Positions 19,752 through 30,002 of a DNA stretch of 64,000 nucleotides are shown here, in pieces. Within the stretch, counting starts at the first letter, position 1. The number at the start of each line of letters is the position of its first letter. The position numbers and the translations under genes are program-made. The notes below the pieces were generated by a model that did not search any database, was not told where the DNA came from, and saw only the letters and a program-made list of their open reading frames with translations. Origin of the DNA: Candidatus Onthoplasma sp. Its GTDB lineage: Bacteria > Bacillota > Clostridia > Christensenellales > UBA1242. The stretch is from positions 19 to 64,018 of the forward strand of contig JBGVOQ010000005.1 of the NCBI GenBank assembly GCA_045126575.1, read 5' to 3'.

Positions 19752-20706
19752 CAGTTTCCTCCCTTATTAGCTTGTATATCATATCATCTTCCTTGTTAGA
19801 TATCTTGGCAAATCTAAATATGTTAGCATCAAGAATTTCATTTAAATAGTACTCCAACTTGTTTTGTATAAGTGCAATTTTTTGATTTTCGGTTAAGTTG
19901 CCCGAAATCTCATTTTTTTCCACATACAACCTTTTAAACAAGTCAACCGCCTCTTTTACATAATTATCAATAGTTACGTGATAATTATCAAACTTTAGAT
20001 AGTTATATATTTCACCATCAGGCTTAGATATAATGTTTTTAGAAAAAATTGCAAATTGCACGCAAGGGTTATGCTCTCTACCTCTTGCTATTGAATTTAC
20101 AGTTGCCACACCGCCCATATAGTTGTTTTTGCTTGGCGGATTATTAAGTATAAAGAAGGTTTTATCGCCGTTAAAATTATTGTCCAAATTTATAAAAACA
20201 CTCTGCTCAGTTGTTGAGATATCGCCTTTATAAATATTATCCATCGACTTATATTTATCTATTATCTGGCGGGAATCATCCAATCTATTTATCTCTCTCA
20301 AAAAGTCAACGGCATCAGTTTTGTTCTTTACAAATATTCCAAAAACTTCAACCTTTTGACTAACTTCCTGCTGCTTAACCACACTAATAACGCCATAATT
20401 TAGCGTGTTAGCCAAATTCATATGAACTTCGCCCTTATAGGAATTATTGTTGTAATAATATACAATATAGTTGCCTAAAAATCTATCATACGATTCTTCG
20501 CTTACAACGCTAACATCGCCAAACAAAAAATCGTCCACGCAAATTCCAAATGCATTTTTTAATGCAACAAGAAATTGAATAGACGGTTCGCTTGCCTTGG
20601 TTAAATAGTTATTGATACTGGCCTGTGAAAATCCAGTGCACTCTGCAATATACTTTTGAGTGTACTTATTGGCTAACACTTTTAAATTCTTTTGAAAATT
20701 GCTCAT
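19744..20706 (-). CDS. XRE-family HTH protein fused to a ~250-aa domain of unknown function
   Basis: The track ORF reaches 20757. I prefer ATG 20706 (MSNFQKNLKVLANKYTQKYIAECTGFSQASINNYL...) behind AAGAGGT. The N-terminal roughly 65 aa form a clear XRE/Cro-type HTH. The remainder is unrecognised. Confidence 0.65.
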   Translation of the reverse strand: MSNFQKNLKVLANKYTQKYIAECTGFSQASINNYLTKASEPSIQFLVALKNAFGICVDDFLFGDVSVVSEESYDRFLGNYIVYYYNNNSYKGEVHMNLANTLNYGVISVVKQQEVSQKVEVFGIFVKNKTDAVDFLREINRLDDSRQIIDKYKSMDNIYKGDISTTEQSVFINLDNNFNGDKTFFILNNPPSKNNYMGGVATVNSIARGREHNPCVQFAIFSKNIISKPDGEIYNYLKFDNYHVTIDNYVKEAVDLFKRLYVEKNEISGNLTENQKIALIQNKLEYYLNEILDANIFRFAKISNKEDDMIYKLIREETDV

Positions 20707-20843
20707 AGTTACCTCTTTTGATACATTTATTATATTAAATTTTGCACAACTTGTCAAGGATTTATATAAAAGTAGGTAAATAATTATAATTTTAATTAAT
20801 TATATAATTTAGTATTTTAAATTACAATTTAGTATAGTAAATA

Positions 20844-20872
20844 TAAAAACCGTAACACAGTCTGTGTTACGG
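20844..20872 (-). terminator. Rho-independent terminator after the aldehyde dehydrogenase gene
   Basis: Minus strand: CCGTAACACA-GAC-TGTGTTACGG, followed by TTTTT. Confidence 0.7.
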
Positions 20873-20882
20873 CCCTTATATA

Positions 20883-22259
20883 CTATTTTAAGAACATATG
20901 AAGTAGTTTTGAAAACAATTTACTCTTATATGGTTGATATCTCATAGGCAAATCAATCCAGGTCTTTTTGTCAACAATGCTCTTGGTATGCGAAAATGCG
21001 TCAAAACCTATTTTACCATGATATGCGCCCATACCGCTTTCGCCAACACCGCCAAATCCTAGTTCGCTACTAGCAAGGTGAATAATGGTATCATTTACAC
21101 AACCGCCACCAAACTGACATCGCTCGGTAATAAGTTTTATGTTATGCTTATTTTGTGAAAAAATATACAATGCGAGTGGTTTTGGTTTATTGTACAACAA
21201 ATTAATAACCTCTATAATATTCTTGTATGTTAATATTGGAAGAATTGGTCCAAAAATCTCCTCCTGCATTACCGCATCATCCCACGTTACATCTTTTAAA
21301 ACTGTTGGCGATATTTGCATTTTGTCATTACTAATTCCACCAAAAACAACTTTAGTTTTATCAATTAAACCATTAAGACGTTCGAAATGTTTTTGATTTA
21401 CAATCTTACCATAATTACTATTATCTAAAGGATTTTCGCCATATTGCAATTTGATTTGATTAACAATTTCGGCAATCAAATCATCTTTAACCTTTTCATC
21501 ACAAAGGATGTAGTCTGGCGCTACACAAGTTTGTCCACAATTTAAAAATTTACCAAAGACAATGCGCTTTGCAGCCAACTTGATTTTTGCACTATCATCT
21601 ACAATACAAGGACTTTTTCCGCCCAATTCTAGTACAGCCGGTGTTAAATTTTCGGCAGTATGTCTTAGCACTTCCTTTCCTACTCCTTGACTGCCAGTAA
21701 AGAAAATAAAATCAAATTTCTGTTTAAGTAGATTAGAATTTTCCTCTCTACCACCTTTTACAACAGCCACATAATCACTATCAAAACATTCTGTAATAAT
21801 TTTTTCAATTATATCGGTAGTTGCTGGAGAGTAAGCACTTGGCTTAACAATTGCCGTATTCCCAGCCGCAATAGCGTCAGCAAGAGGGTCCAGTGTTAAC
21901 AGCAATGGATAATTCCAAGGACTCATAATTAATGTATTACCATAAGGTGATGGTTTTTGATAACTGCGTGAAGCAAACTGCGCTAGTGGTGTGCGCACAC
22001 GCTTTTCCTTGGCAAACCTTTTTACGTGCTTTATCATATACCCAATCTCGGCTAACACCATACCAGTTTCGCACATAAAACTTTCGTAACTACTTTTACC
22101 AAGGTCTTGCATTAAAGCATCTGCAATTTCATGCTCATATTTTTTTACAGCGACATATAACTTTTTTAATTGCTCTTTTCTAAAATCTACTGACAATGTT
22201 GCACCTGTTTGAAAATAATTTCGTTGACTTTGCAACAATTCCTCTACACTAATAGCCAT
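20883..22259 (-). CDS. NAD(P)-dependent aldehyde dehydrogenase (class-3-like)
   Basis: About 458 aa with ALDH motifs (ELGGKSP, catalytic-Cys region GQTCVAPDY, EEIFGPILPI). I place the start at ATG 22259 (MAISVEELL), 4 nt after GGAGGT. The track start at 22271 overlaps that RBS. Confidence 0.85.
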   Translation of the reverse strand: MAISVEELLQSQRNYFQTGATLSVDFRKEQLKKLYVAVKKYEHEIADALMQDLGKSSYESFMCETGMVLAEIGYMIKHVKRFAKEKRVRTPLAQFASRSYQKPSPYGNTLIMSPWNYPLLLTLDPLADAIAAGNTAIVKPSAYSPATTDIIEKIITECFDSDYVAVVKGGREENSNLLKQKFDFIFFTGSQGVGKEVLRHTAENLTPAVLELGGKSPCIVDDSAKIKLAAKRIVFGKFLNCGQTCVAPDYILCDEKVKDDLIAEIVNQIKLQYGENPLDNSNYGKIVNQKHFERLNGLIDKTKVVFGGISNDKMQISPTVLKDVTWDDAVMQEEIFGPILPILTYKNIIEVINLLYNKPKPLALYIFSQNKHNIKLITERCQFGGGCVNDTIIHLASSELGFGGVGESGMGAYHGKIGFDAFSHTKSIVDKKTWIDLPMRYQPYKSKLFSKLLHMFLK

Positions 22260-22261
22260 AC

Positions 22262-23467
22262 TTACCTCCAATCTGCTACCATATAATAAAATTTTTCCAA
22301 CTCTTTTGCATTCATCAATACAGGAACAGGATAAAGCGGATTAGCCTCCTTATCCGCATGCTTTGCCATCAACGGAATATCCTCACGCACAATACCAGAC
22401 AAGGTTGTAGGTATATTCATATCTGAATTAAGTTGTTTAATTGCCTCAATAAACTTAATTGCGCCAGTTTGATAACTATCTTCACTTTGCGCAACTCCTG
22501 CAGCAACTCCTAATCTATGCAATTTTTTGTACACCTTTTTACCATATTCTTCCAACACTATTGGCATTAATACCGAATTGGCAAGTCCGTGTGGAATGTT
22601 ATATTGTCCACCCAACGAATGCGCTACTGCATGAATATAACCAACATATGATTTAGAAAAAGCAACACCAGCAAGATATGCCGCCTTTAACATATTGGAC
22701 CTTGCGTTAAAATCAGTTGGATTGCTATATGCCGTTTTAATATTAGCAAATATAAGCGAAACCGCCTCTAATGCCTTTGCACGTGTTTCCTTGGTAGTAG
22801 AACGCCCAATATACGCCTCAACAGCATGAGTAAGCGCATCCATACCTGTAGTTGATGTTAGATGTGGTGGCAATGTGTATGTAACCGTTGGGTCTAGCAC
22901 CGCATATCTAGGAATTAGCGTAAAACTATTCATAGTATATTTATGTTTCTTTTCGCTATCGGTAATAACTGCCGCAAGGGTAACCTCGCTACCCGTTCCA
23001 GCCGTTGTAGGTATAGCCACAAGTGTAGGAATTTTACGCAATACTTTTAATACGCCCTTAAGGTCATTTAATGTCTTTTTAGGATAGGCAATACACGCAC
23101 CAATCCCCTTAGCACAATCCATTGATGAACCACCGCCAAAGGCAATCAAACCCTTACACTTGTTTTCGATATACATAAGTTTTGCCTCGTCCACATTTTT
23201 AACTGTTGGATTCGCCCTTGTATCATCATATACCACACATCTAATTTGGTTATCCTCAAGCACCTTTTCCAATTTTGATGTAATGCCCGCACCTCTAATA
23301 AACTTGTCGGTTACAAGCAACACACTATCAATACCTTTTTGCTTAAACATATTAGGCAAATCTTCTACACTATTAAATATTTCAGGTTCACGATATGGCA
23401 AAATTGGTAACGCCAAACGAAACACACCCTGATAAACCCTACAAAAAACTCTTTTAAATATATTCAT
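22262..23467 (-). CDS. iron-containing (group III) alcohol dehydrogenase
   Basis: 401 aa with GGGSSMDCAK and AVAHSLGG..IPHG metal-site motifs. Its stop lies 2 nt before the ALDH start. Confidence 0.85.
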   Translation of the reverse strand: MNIFKRVFCRVYQGVFRLALPILPYREPEIFNSVEDLPNMFKQKGIDSVLLVTDKFIRGAGITSKLEKVLEDNQIRCVVYDDTRANPTVKNVDEAKLMYIENKCKGLIAFGGGSSMDCAKGIGACIAYPKKTLNDLKGVLKVLRKIPTLVAIPTTAGTGSEVTLAAVITDSEKKHKYTMNSFTLIPRYAVLDPTVTYTLPPHLTSTTGMDALTHAVEAYIGRSTTKETRAKALEAVSLIFANIKTAYSNPTDFNARSNMLKAAYLAGVAFSKSYVGYIHAVAHSLGGQYNIPHGLANSVLMPIVLEEYGKKVYKKLHRLGVAAGVAQSEDSYQTGAIKFIEAIKQLNSDMNIPTTLSGIVREDIPLMAKHADKEANPLYPVPVLMNAKELEKFYYMVADWR

Positions 23468-23562
23468 AACAACCCCTTTTATTAATAGACATATTATAGC
23501 ATATTAAAATAAAAAAAGTCACTCAAATTAGAGTACTAAATCACCCAACAGCAAATTATAAA

Positions 23563-23590
23563 ATAAAAAAATCACCTCTTTCGAAGTGAT
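23563..23590 (-). terminator. Rho-independent terminator of the tRNA-Gly / tRNA-Val unit
   Basis: Minus strand: ATCACTTC-GAAA-GAGGTGAT (one G-U) followed by TTTTTTT. The equivalent plus-strand hairpin would contain a C-A mismatch. Confidence 0.65.
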
Positions 23591-23598
23591 TGGTTATA

Positions 23599-23674
23599 TG
23601 GTGGGAATTATAGGACTCGAACCTATGACCATCTGCTTGTAAGGCAGGTGCTCTACCAACTGAGCTAAACTCCC
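23599..23674 (-). tRNA. tRNA-Val (anticodon TAC)
   Basis: The reverse complement folds as a cloverleaf: GGGAGTT acceptor, anticodon loop CTTACAA, T-loop GGTTCGAGTCC, encoded CCA. Confidence 0.88.
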
Positions 23675-23678
23675 ATAT

Positions 23679-23753
23679 TGGAGCGGAAGACGAGATTCGA
23701 ACTCGCGACATTTGCCTTGGCAAGGCAACGCTCTACCACTGAGCCACTCCCGC
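23679..23753 (-). tRNA. tRNA-Gly (anticodon GCC)
   Basis: Reverse complement: GCGGGAG acceptor, anticodon loop TTGCCAA, T-loop AGTTCGAATCT, encoded CCA. Confidence 0.88.
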
Positions 23754-23785
23754 ATAATGCGTTGCATTACACCAAACGCATTATA

Positions 23786-23814
23786 ATATTAGCACATATT
23801 TATATATATGTCAA
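23786..23814 (-). promoter_or_regulatory. sigma-A promoter for tRNA-Gly / tRNA-Val
   Basis: Minus strand: TTGACA (23814..23809), 17 nt ending in TGc, TAATAT (23791..23786). Confidence 0.55.
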
Positions 23815-23855
23815 CAATTTTTTAAAAGTTTTTTTAATTTTTTTATAAATTCTTA

Positions 23856-25487
23856 TTACTCAACTGAAATTAAGTAGTAATATACAGGTTGTCCACCTTC
23901 AATCATACTTACATCACAGTTAGCATACTTAAGTTCCAATGTTGCTAGGAATTGTTCTGCTTGTTCTGCAGTAACACCTTCGCCATAGAACAATGTAATA
24001 TTCATTGTGTCGTTGTCAACCAACTTTTGAATCAAAGCGTCAGTTGTATCTTCGATATTATTTCCATGAACTAAGATATCGTGTTTATCAAGACCAATAA
24101 CCTCACCCTCATGCAAATCCATACCATTAATATTTGTGTTACGCACAGCATAAGTAACTGAGCCAGACTTAACAGTTGCGATAGCCTCAGTCATCATTTC
24201 CTTATTTTCATCTATTGTAGCATTACGGTCAAATGCAAGGGCTGCTGTGATACCTTCTGGAATAGTTTTAGTAGGGATAACAACAACATTGCATGAAGTA
24301 ATATCATTAGCCTGCTCAGCAGACATTACAATATTTTTATTATTAGGTAATACAAACACAGTCTTAGCCTTAACAGCGTCACAAGCGGTAGCAATATCGT
24401 TAGCGCTTGGATTCATAGTTTGTCCACCAGAAATTACATAGTCAACGTCAATATCTGTAAATACATTATTTAAGCCATCACCAGCAGCAACAGCCACTAA
24501 GCCGTATTCCTTAAGTTCTTCCTTCTTAGCATTTTTACGTAGTTGACGGTTTTGTTCTAACATATTTTCGATTTTAACGCCATTAAGTTCGCCTAATTGC
24601 AAAGCATAACCCAATGCCTTGTTAGGTTCGTTAGTGTGAACGTGAACCTTAACAAGTTGCAAATCACCAATACACAATACACAGTCGCCAATTTCTAACA
24701 AATGTTGACGAAGTGAGTTGATGTCGGCTTCGGTAGTTTTTTCATAAATATTTGTGATAAAGAATTCTGTACAATATCCAAAACGAATATCAGCCAAACT
24801 TTCGTAATTAACGTGATTTTCCTCGCTAGTTACATCAACTTCAACCTTATCCACAAATTCCACATTAACCATTTCGCCTGCAAGCATCTTGTACATACCG
24901 CTAAAAATGATTACCAATCCACGACCACCAGCGTCTACCACACCAGCCTTTTTAAGCACTGGAAGCATATCAGGTGTCATTTGAAGCATCTTTTCAGCGT
25001 CAGCAATAATGCTATGTAGGTAGTCCTGGAATGAACTTGCCTTAACATTTTGCTTAGCAGATTCTGCAATTGCACGGATAATAGTTAGGATTGTACCTTC
25101 CTTAGGCATGGTTACTGCCTTATATGCAGTTTCACAACCCTTTTCGCACGCACGGGCAAAATCCTTGGCAGTGATTTCATTTTGGCACTTCATAATCTCA
25201 GAGAACATACCCTTGATTATTTGCGACAAAATAACACCAGAGTTACCTCTAGCGCCCTTTAGTGCACCACGGTTAAATGCCACGGAAAGAGCCTCGATAG
25301 AGTTTCCTTCACAAGCATTCATTTCAGCCACAGCTGATTTTAAAGTTAAAGTCATGTTTGTTCCTGTGTCACCATCTGGAACAGGGAATATATTAAGTGC
25401 ATCCACATTATCCTTATTTTCTTCCAATAAAGAATATGATGTTACCAACATCTTACGAAGTGTTGCACCGTTAATCGTTTTTTGCAT
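23856..25487 (-). CDS. fakA: DAK2-domain protein, YloV / fatty-acid kinase FakA family
   Basis: 543 aa. The N-terminus carries NIFPVPDGDTGTNM, the hallmark of Dak2/YloV. Conserved synteny: it follows an Asp23-family gene and lies divergent to rpmB. Confidence 0.8.
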   Translation of the reverse strand: MQKTINGATLRKMLVTSYSLLEENKDNVDALNIFPVPDGDTGTNMTLTLKSAVAEMNACEGNSIEALSVAFNRGALKGARGNSGVILSQIIKGMFSEIMKCQNEITAKDFARACEKGCETAYKAVTMPKEGTILTIIRAIAESAKQNVKASSFQDYLHSIIADAEKMLQMTPDMLPVLKKAGVVDAGGRGLVIIFSGMYKMLAGEMVNVEFVDKVEVDVTSEENHVNYESLADIRFGYCTEFFITNIYEKTTEADINSLRQHLLEIGDCVLCIGDLQLVKVHVHTNEPNKALGYALQLGELNGVKIENMLEQNRQLRKNAKKEELKEYGLVAVAAGDGLNNVFTDIDVDYVISGGQTMNPSANDIATACDAVKAKTVFVLPNNKNIVMSAEQANDITSCNVVVIPTKTIPEGITAALAFDRNATIDENKEMMTEAIATVKSGSVTYAVRNTNINGMDLHEGEVIGLDKHDILVHGNNIEDTTDALIQKLVDNDTMNITLFYGEGVTAEQAEQFLATLELKYANCDVSMIEGGQPVYYYLISVE

Positions 25488-25504
25488 CGCTTTGTCTCCT
25501 AGTT

Positions 25505-25840
25505 TTATCTTACATCTATAACATGTACATCTACGCTTTTAACAATCATACCTGTAAAGCTTTCGATTGCATACTTGACTGCCTTACGGATAGATTCAGA
25601 CACGGCTGAAATTGTTACACTATATCTTAAAACGACGTACACGTCTACCATTATTATATCTGTTTCGTTAGAGGACAACACTATACCTTTGTAACCGTGG
25701 GATTTACTTTCACGATTAAAGGCTGGGTTAACTAACCCTACTACACCATAACAATCCTGCACGGCAACAGCAGCGACCTTACTAATAGCCCGCTTAGACA
25801 TACTAATCTTGCCAAATGAATTAAATGTAGTAAACTTCAT
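25505..25840 (-). CDS. Asp23/Gls24-family (YloU-like) protein
   Basis: I place the start at ATG 25840 (MKFTTFNSFGKISMSKRAISKVAAVAVQDCYGVVG), 5 nt after GGAGG. This is the typical Asp23 N-terminal pattern. Confidence 0.8.
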   Translation of the reverse strand: MKFTTFNSFGKISMSKRAISKVAAVAVQDCYGVVGLVNPAFNRESKSHGYKGIVLSSNETDIIMVDVYVVLRYSVTISAVSESIRKAVKYAIESFTGMIVKSVDVHVIDVR

Positions 25841-25914
25841 TAAATCCTCCAACACTATTGTATAATAGTTTTAATAAAAAATCAAGCAATATTTGAATAT
25901 TTTTCAAAAAATAC

Positions 25915-25943
25915 TTGCAATTTATTATTTTGTATGTTACAAT
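25915..25943 (+). promoter_or_regulatory. sigma-A promoter (extended -10) for rpmB
   Basis: TTGCAA (25915..25920), 17 nt ending in TGt, TACAAT (25938..25943). Confidence 0.55.
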
Positions 25944-25972
25944 AATGTGTATTTGAAAAACGGGAGGTCGTT

Positions 25973-26158
25973 ATGAGCAGAGTTTGTGCTATATGTGGTA
26001 AAGGTAAAGCAAGTGGTAACAATGTTAGCCATAGTAATAGAAAAACAAGACGCACTTTTGAAGCTAATGTTCAAAAGGTTTCAGTTGAAGTTGATGGTAA
26101 AAGCACTAATCAATACCTTTGCACTAAATGTATTAAGACATCTAAGAAGTCTAAATAG
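25973..26158 (+). CDS. rpmB: 50S ribosomal protein L28
   Basis: 61 aa: [35 protein letters not shown]... matches the L28 signature. Confidence 0.93.
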   Translation: MSRVCAICGKGKASGNNVSHSNRKTRRTFEANVQKVSVEVDGKSTNQYLCTKCIKTSKKSK

Positions 26159-26189
26159 TGTATCAGGCGGTTTGTCCGCATAATAGTAC

Positions 26190-26213
26190 AACCAGGTGTA
26201 TCCTGGTTTTTTT
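26190..26213 (+). terminator. Rho-independent terminator after rpmB
   Basis: AACCAGG-TGTAT-CCTGGTT, followed by TTTTTT. Confidence 0.7.
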
Positions 26214-26426
26214 ATCCCTATTAGTGTATTATTATTTTTTGCCTACGTAATATACACTTTTACCAAACAACAACTTAGCCAAGGAACTAAGTATCTTAGG
26301 CAGTTTAAAACAATATATTTTCATACTTAAATATATTCACAAAAATCAACTTTTGTTAATCATATATGCATAATATTAGCAAAATGATTATAAGAGTATT
26401 ACTATAAAATGGAGGAACTATAATAA

Positions 26427-26747
26427 ATGTATTTAAAATATATAAGCAACAGCGCAATAGATAAGTTTGTAAAGTCGCACTTTTGCCCTAATGCTAGGAC
26501 TATTATGGTTGATAACGAGGAACGCACTTACGTTAATGTGTTTACCACGTTATTAGATACAACCCTACATATTAATGATTTTGAATGCATTAATATGGAT
26601 ATAGATAAGGACTATCATGAAATATGGCGTAAATTTATGATTAAACAACTAGATACTATAGACCCTACCAAGAGGCTAGGTACCAGATATTGTCGTGATT
26701 TGCAGGACCATTTAGAACACTGCGACATTTGTACACATTCTAGATAA
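26427..26747 (+). CDS. hypothetical protein (106 aa)
   Basis: ORF with a GGAGGA RBS 10 nt upstream. No recognisable motif. Confidence 0.45.
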   Translation: MYLKYISNSAIDKFVKSHFCPNARTIMVDNEERTYVNVFTTLLDTTLHINDFECINMDIDKDYHEIWRKFMIKQLDTIDPTKRLGTRYCRDLQDHLEHCDICTHSR

Positions 26748-26749
26748 AG

Positions 26750-26783
26750 CAAAAACTTGGATTAACTTAATCCAAGTTTTTTG
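26750..26783. terminator. bidirectional terminator (106-aa gene / dnaJ)
   Basis: A-run, ACTTGGATTA-ACT-TAATCCAAGT, T-run. It lies between convergent genes. Confidence 0.75.
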
Positions 26784-27899
26784 TTACTTTAATTTTTTGT
26801 TGTATGTTTCAGTTTTAGGATAATCCTTAGCGCTGATTGCATTTTCAAGTTCCTTAACCAACTTTTTAGCGCCCTTATCCAAGTTCTTAGGCATTTCGCC
26901 TTTTAATGTAACAACCAAGTCACCGCTACCAAATCCACGTAGGAACTTAATTCCCTTGCCCTTTAGCGTGTATTTAGTATTAGATTGAGTTAAAGGTTTG
27001 ATATCTATGGTTGTTGTACCCTTAAGGGTTGGCACTTCCATCTGACCACCTAGCAATAGTGTTGTAAATGGAACATATACGTCTACATACAAGTTAAAGT
27101 CCTTACGCACCAATAGTTTGTGAGATTGCACCTTTACGTTGATATGCAAATCGCCTGGCACACCATTACTTGACACTACTTGCTCGCCTTCACCACGCAT
27201 ACGAATGGTTTGACCATCATCAATACCGGCAGGAATTTTAACCTTAACTTTTACGCTTTGCTGGCTTAATCCCGAACCGTGACAATGTTGACATTTTTCC
27301 TTAACAATCTTACCGCTTCCGCCACAAATCTTACAGTCCGTCATGCTAGCAACACGACCAAACAAGGTATTTTGCACAAACTGAACCTTACCTGTTCCAC
27401 CACATTCGGTACAAGTGTTTATTGCAGTACCAGGCTTAGCACCTGTTCCACTACAATGTGTACATTTTTCGCTACGATTGATAGTTATTTCCTTTTCAAC
27501 GCCAAATGCTGCCTCTTCAAATGATATTGTAATATCACTAACAAGGTCAGCGCCTTGCTCACGGCTAGATGCACCGCCACTGCGACCAAAGTTTCCGAAT
27601 ATATTAAACAAGTCTTCGAACCCACCTTCAAAGCCTTGACTAAATCCGGAAAAGCCACCGCCACCACCAAACCCTTGTGGGCCATCAGCACTACCAAATT
27701 GGTCATAGTTGCTACGCTTAGTTTTGTCGCTTAGCACCGAATACGCCTCAGAAATTTCCTTAAACTTTTCCTGAGCGTCCGCTTCCTTATTTATATCAGG
27801 GTGATACTTTTTAGCCAGGTTGCGATATGCCGATTTAATCTCATCATCACTAGCAGTTTTGCTCACTCCTAAAATTGAATAATAATCTTTGTTTGCCAT
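26784..27899 (-). CDS. dnaJ: molecular chaperone DnaJ
   Basis: 371 aa with a J domain carrying HPD (KKYHPDINK), a G/F-rich linker and four CxxCxGxG zinc-finger repeats. Confidence 0.95.
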   Translation of the reverse strand: MANKDYYSILGVSKTASDDEIKSAYRNLAKKYHPDINKEADAQEKFKEISEAYSVLSDKTKRSNYDQFGSADGPQGFGGGGGFSGFSQGFEGGFEDLFNIFGNFGRSGGASSREQGADLVSDITISFEEAAFGVEKEITINRSEKCTHCSGTGAKPGTAINTCTECGGTGKVQFVQNTLFGRVASMTDCKICGGSGKIVKEKCQHCHGSGLSQQSVKVKVKIPAGIDDGQTIRMRGEGEQVVSSNGVPGDLHINVKVQSHKLLVRKDFNLYVDVYVPFTTLLLGGQMEVPTLKGTTTIDIKPLTQSNTKYTLKGKGIKFLRGFGSGDLVVTLKGEMPKNLDKGAKKLVKELENAISAKDYPKTETYNKKLK

Positions 27900-28093
27900 A
27901 TTTATCCTTTATATTTTTATCAACTTTTCTTGACAAGAAAAGTTACAAAAGAACATTCTTTTATACTTTGTTTTTACAAATTAGTAAATTTAGTAAATCT
28001 TTTTAATCACCTTACCATACACAAGCAACAATGAATAATGCCTAAACATTATTCATTATTACACATTAGTTAAATTTAGGGGAAATTTAACTC

Positions 28094-29905
28094 CTATTCT
28101 ACGATAACTTCGTCATCTCCGCCATTGTTGTCGCTACCATTGTTAGCGTCACCTTGAGGTGCTTGTTGTTGCATATTTTGATACATGCGTGTAAACACTT
28201 CGTTAGATACAGCAGTTAAATCTTCAGTAGCTTTCTTTAATTCTTCAATATCTTCACTTGTTAAGTGTTTTTTAGCCTCTTCACAAGCGTCTGTTAGTTT
28301 TTTCTTGTCATCTTCACTTAGTTTGTCGCTATTTTCTCTAACAAGTTTTTCAATGTTCATAACGTTTGCGTCCAAAGTATTACGAGTATCTACCACTTCA
28401 CGGCGCTTTTTATCTTCTTCTGCAAATTGTTCAGCTTCTTTTACTGCCTTATCAATTTCATCATCACTTAAGTTTGTGCTAGCAGTGATAGTAATTTTTT
28501 GTTCCTTGTTAGTTCCAAGGTCTTTAGCACTAACATTAACAATACCGTTTGCGTCAATATCAAATGTAACTTCGATTTGAGGAATACCACGTGGAGCTGG
28601 TGGAATACCAACTAGTTGGAATTTACCTAAAGTCTTGTTTTGTGCTGCAAATTGACGTTCGCCTTGTAATACGTGGATTTCAACCCCTGGTTGATTATCT
28701 TGAGCTGTACTGAATACTTGACTCTTTTTGGTAGGGATTGTGGTATTACGTTCAATTAACTTTGTAAATACACCACCCAATGTTTCAATACCAAGTGATA
28801 ATGGAGTAACGTCTAGTAGCAATACGTCCTTAACTTCGCCACCAAGTACACCTGCTTGGATAGCAGCACCCATAGCCACACATTCGTCTGGGTTAATACC
28901 CTTAAATGCGCTCTTACCAATTTCTTTTTCCAAAGCTTCAACCACGCTAGGAACACGTGTAGAACCACCAACTAGAACGACACTATTAATATCACTTGCG
29001 CTTAATTTAGCATCAGCCAATGCCTTACGAGTGCACTCTAATGTCTTGTTGATTAGGTCACTAATCATATTTTCAAATTTAGCACGTGATAGATTGTATT
29101 CCAAGTGCTTTGGACCAGTTGCGTCAGCAGTAATAAATGGTAGGCTAATAGTTGTATTTGTTAATGTAGAAAGTTCAATTTTAGCCTTTTCTGCTGCTTC
29201 CTTAAGTCTTTGCATAGCAAGTTTGTCGTTGCGAAGGTCAATACCATTAGTATTTTTGAAATCTTCAACTAATAAATCCATAATGCGATTATCAAAGTCG
29301 TCACCGCCAAGGCGAGTATCACCATTGGTAGATAGCACTTCAAATACGCCATCACCAATTTCAAGTATACTTACGTCAAATGTACCGCCACCTAGGTCAA
29401 ATACAAGTATTTTTTGGTTCTTTTTATCTTCCTTATCAAGGCCATAAGCAAGTGCCGCAGCAGTTGGTTCGTTAATAATACGAAGTACTTCAAGACCAGC
29501 AATCTTACCAGCGTCCTTAGTTGCTTGACGTTGGCTATCGTTAAAGTATGCAGGAACTGTAATAACTGCTTGAGTTACTGGAGTGCCAAGATAAGCCTCT
29601 GCATCAGCCTTTAACTTAGATAAAATCATAGCAGAAATTTCTTGAGGTGAATATTGTTTATCATCAATCTTAACCTTGTAATCTGTACCCATTTCACGTT
29701 TGATTGAAATAACTGTTTTGTCAGGGTTAGCCACTGCTTGACGCTTTGCTACTTGACCTACAAGACGTTCACTATCCTTAAAACCTACCACACTAGGAGT
29801 AGTTCTACCACCCTCACTGTTGGCAATAACGGTTGGATTACCACCTTCGATAACCGCAACACATGAATTTGTTGTACCTAAGTCGATACCAATAATTTTT
29901 CCCAT
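28094..29905 (-). CDS. dnaK: molecular chaperone DnaK (Hsp70)
   Basis: 603 aa with [17 protein letters not shown] and VLVGGSTR motifs. Confidence 0.97.
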   Translation of the reverse strand: MGKIIGIDLGTTNSCVAVIEGGNPTVIANSEGGRTTPSVVGFKDSERLVGQVAKRQAVANPDKTVISIKREMGTDYKVKIDDKQYSPQEISAMILSKLKADAEAYLGTPVTQAVITVPAYFNDSQRQATKDAGKIAGLEVLRIINEPTAAALAYGLDKEDKKNQKILVFDLGGGTFDVSILEIGDGVFEVLSTNGDTRLGGDDFDNRIMDLLVEDFKNTNGIDLRNDKLAMQRLKEAAEKAKIELSTLTNTTISLPFITADATGPKHLEYNLSRAKFENMISDLINKTLECTRKALADAKLSASDINSVVLVGGSTRVPSVVEALEKEIGKSAFKGINPDECVAMGAAIQAGVLGGEVKDVLLLDVTPLSLGIETLGGVFTKLIERNTTIPTKKSQVFSTAQDNQPGVEIHVLQGERQFAAQNKTLGKFQLVGIPPAPRGIPQIEVTFDIDANGIVNVSAKDLGTNKEQKITITASTNLSDDEIDKAVKEAEQFAEEDKKRREVVDTRNTLDANVMNIEKLVRENSDKLSEDDKKKLTDACEEAKKHLTSEDIEELKKATEDLTAVSNEVFTRMYQNMQQQAPQGDANNGSDNNGGDDEVIVE

Positions 29906-30002
29906 AATAATTCTCCTTAAATTAAAATCTATATAAACTCAACTTTTTATTAATAAAAGTTGTAAAAATCTTGTTAATTGTTTTAGCATACTGCAAAACT
30001 TA

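Noticed and set aside
25986-26183. 65-aa ORF in an alternative frame of rpmB
   Set aside because: It overlaps the clearly identified L28 gene in the +2 frame and has no RBS.
28728-29447. Long antisense ORFs inside highly expressed genes (e.g. 239 aa opposite dnaK; 2609..2941 and 3479..3697 opposite rpoC; 6753..7013 opposite rpoB; 42040..42483 opposite fhs; 61873..62367 opposite the 1268-aa gene)
   Set aside because: These are shadow ORFs. They have no RBS and Ser/Leu/Ile-rich low-complexity translations, and they lie entirely inside confidently identified genes.
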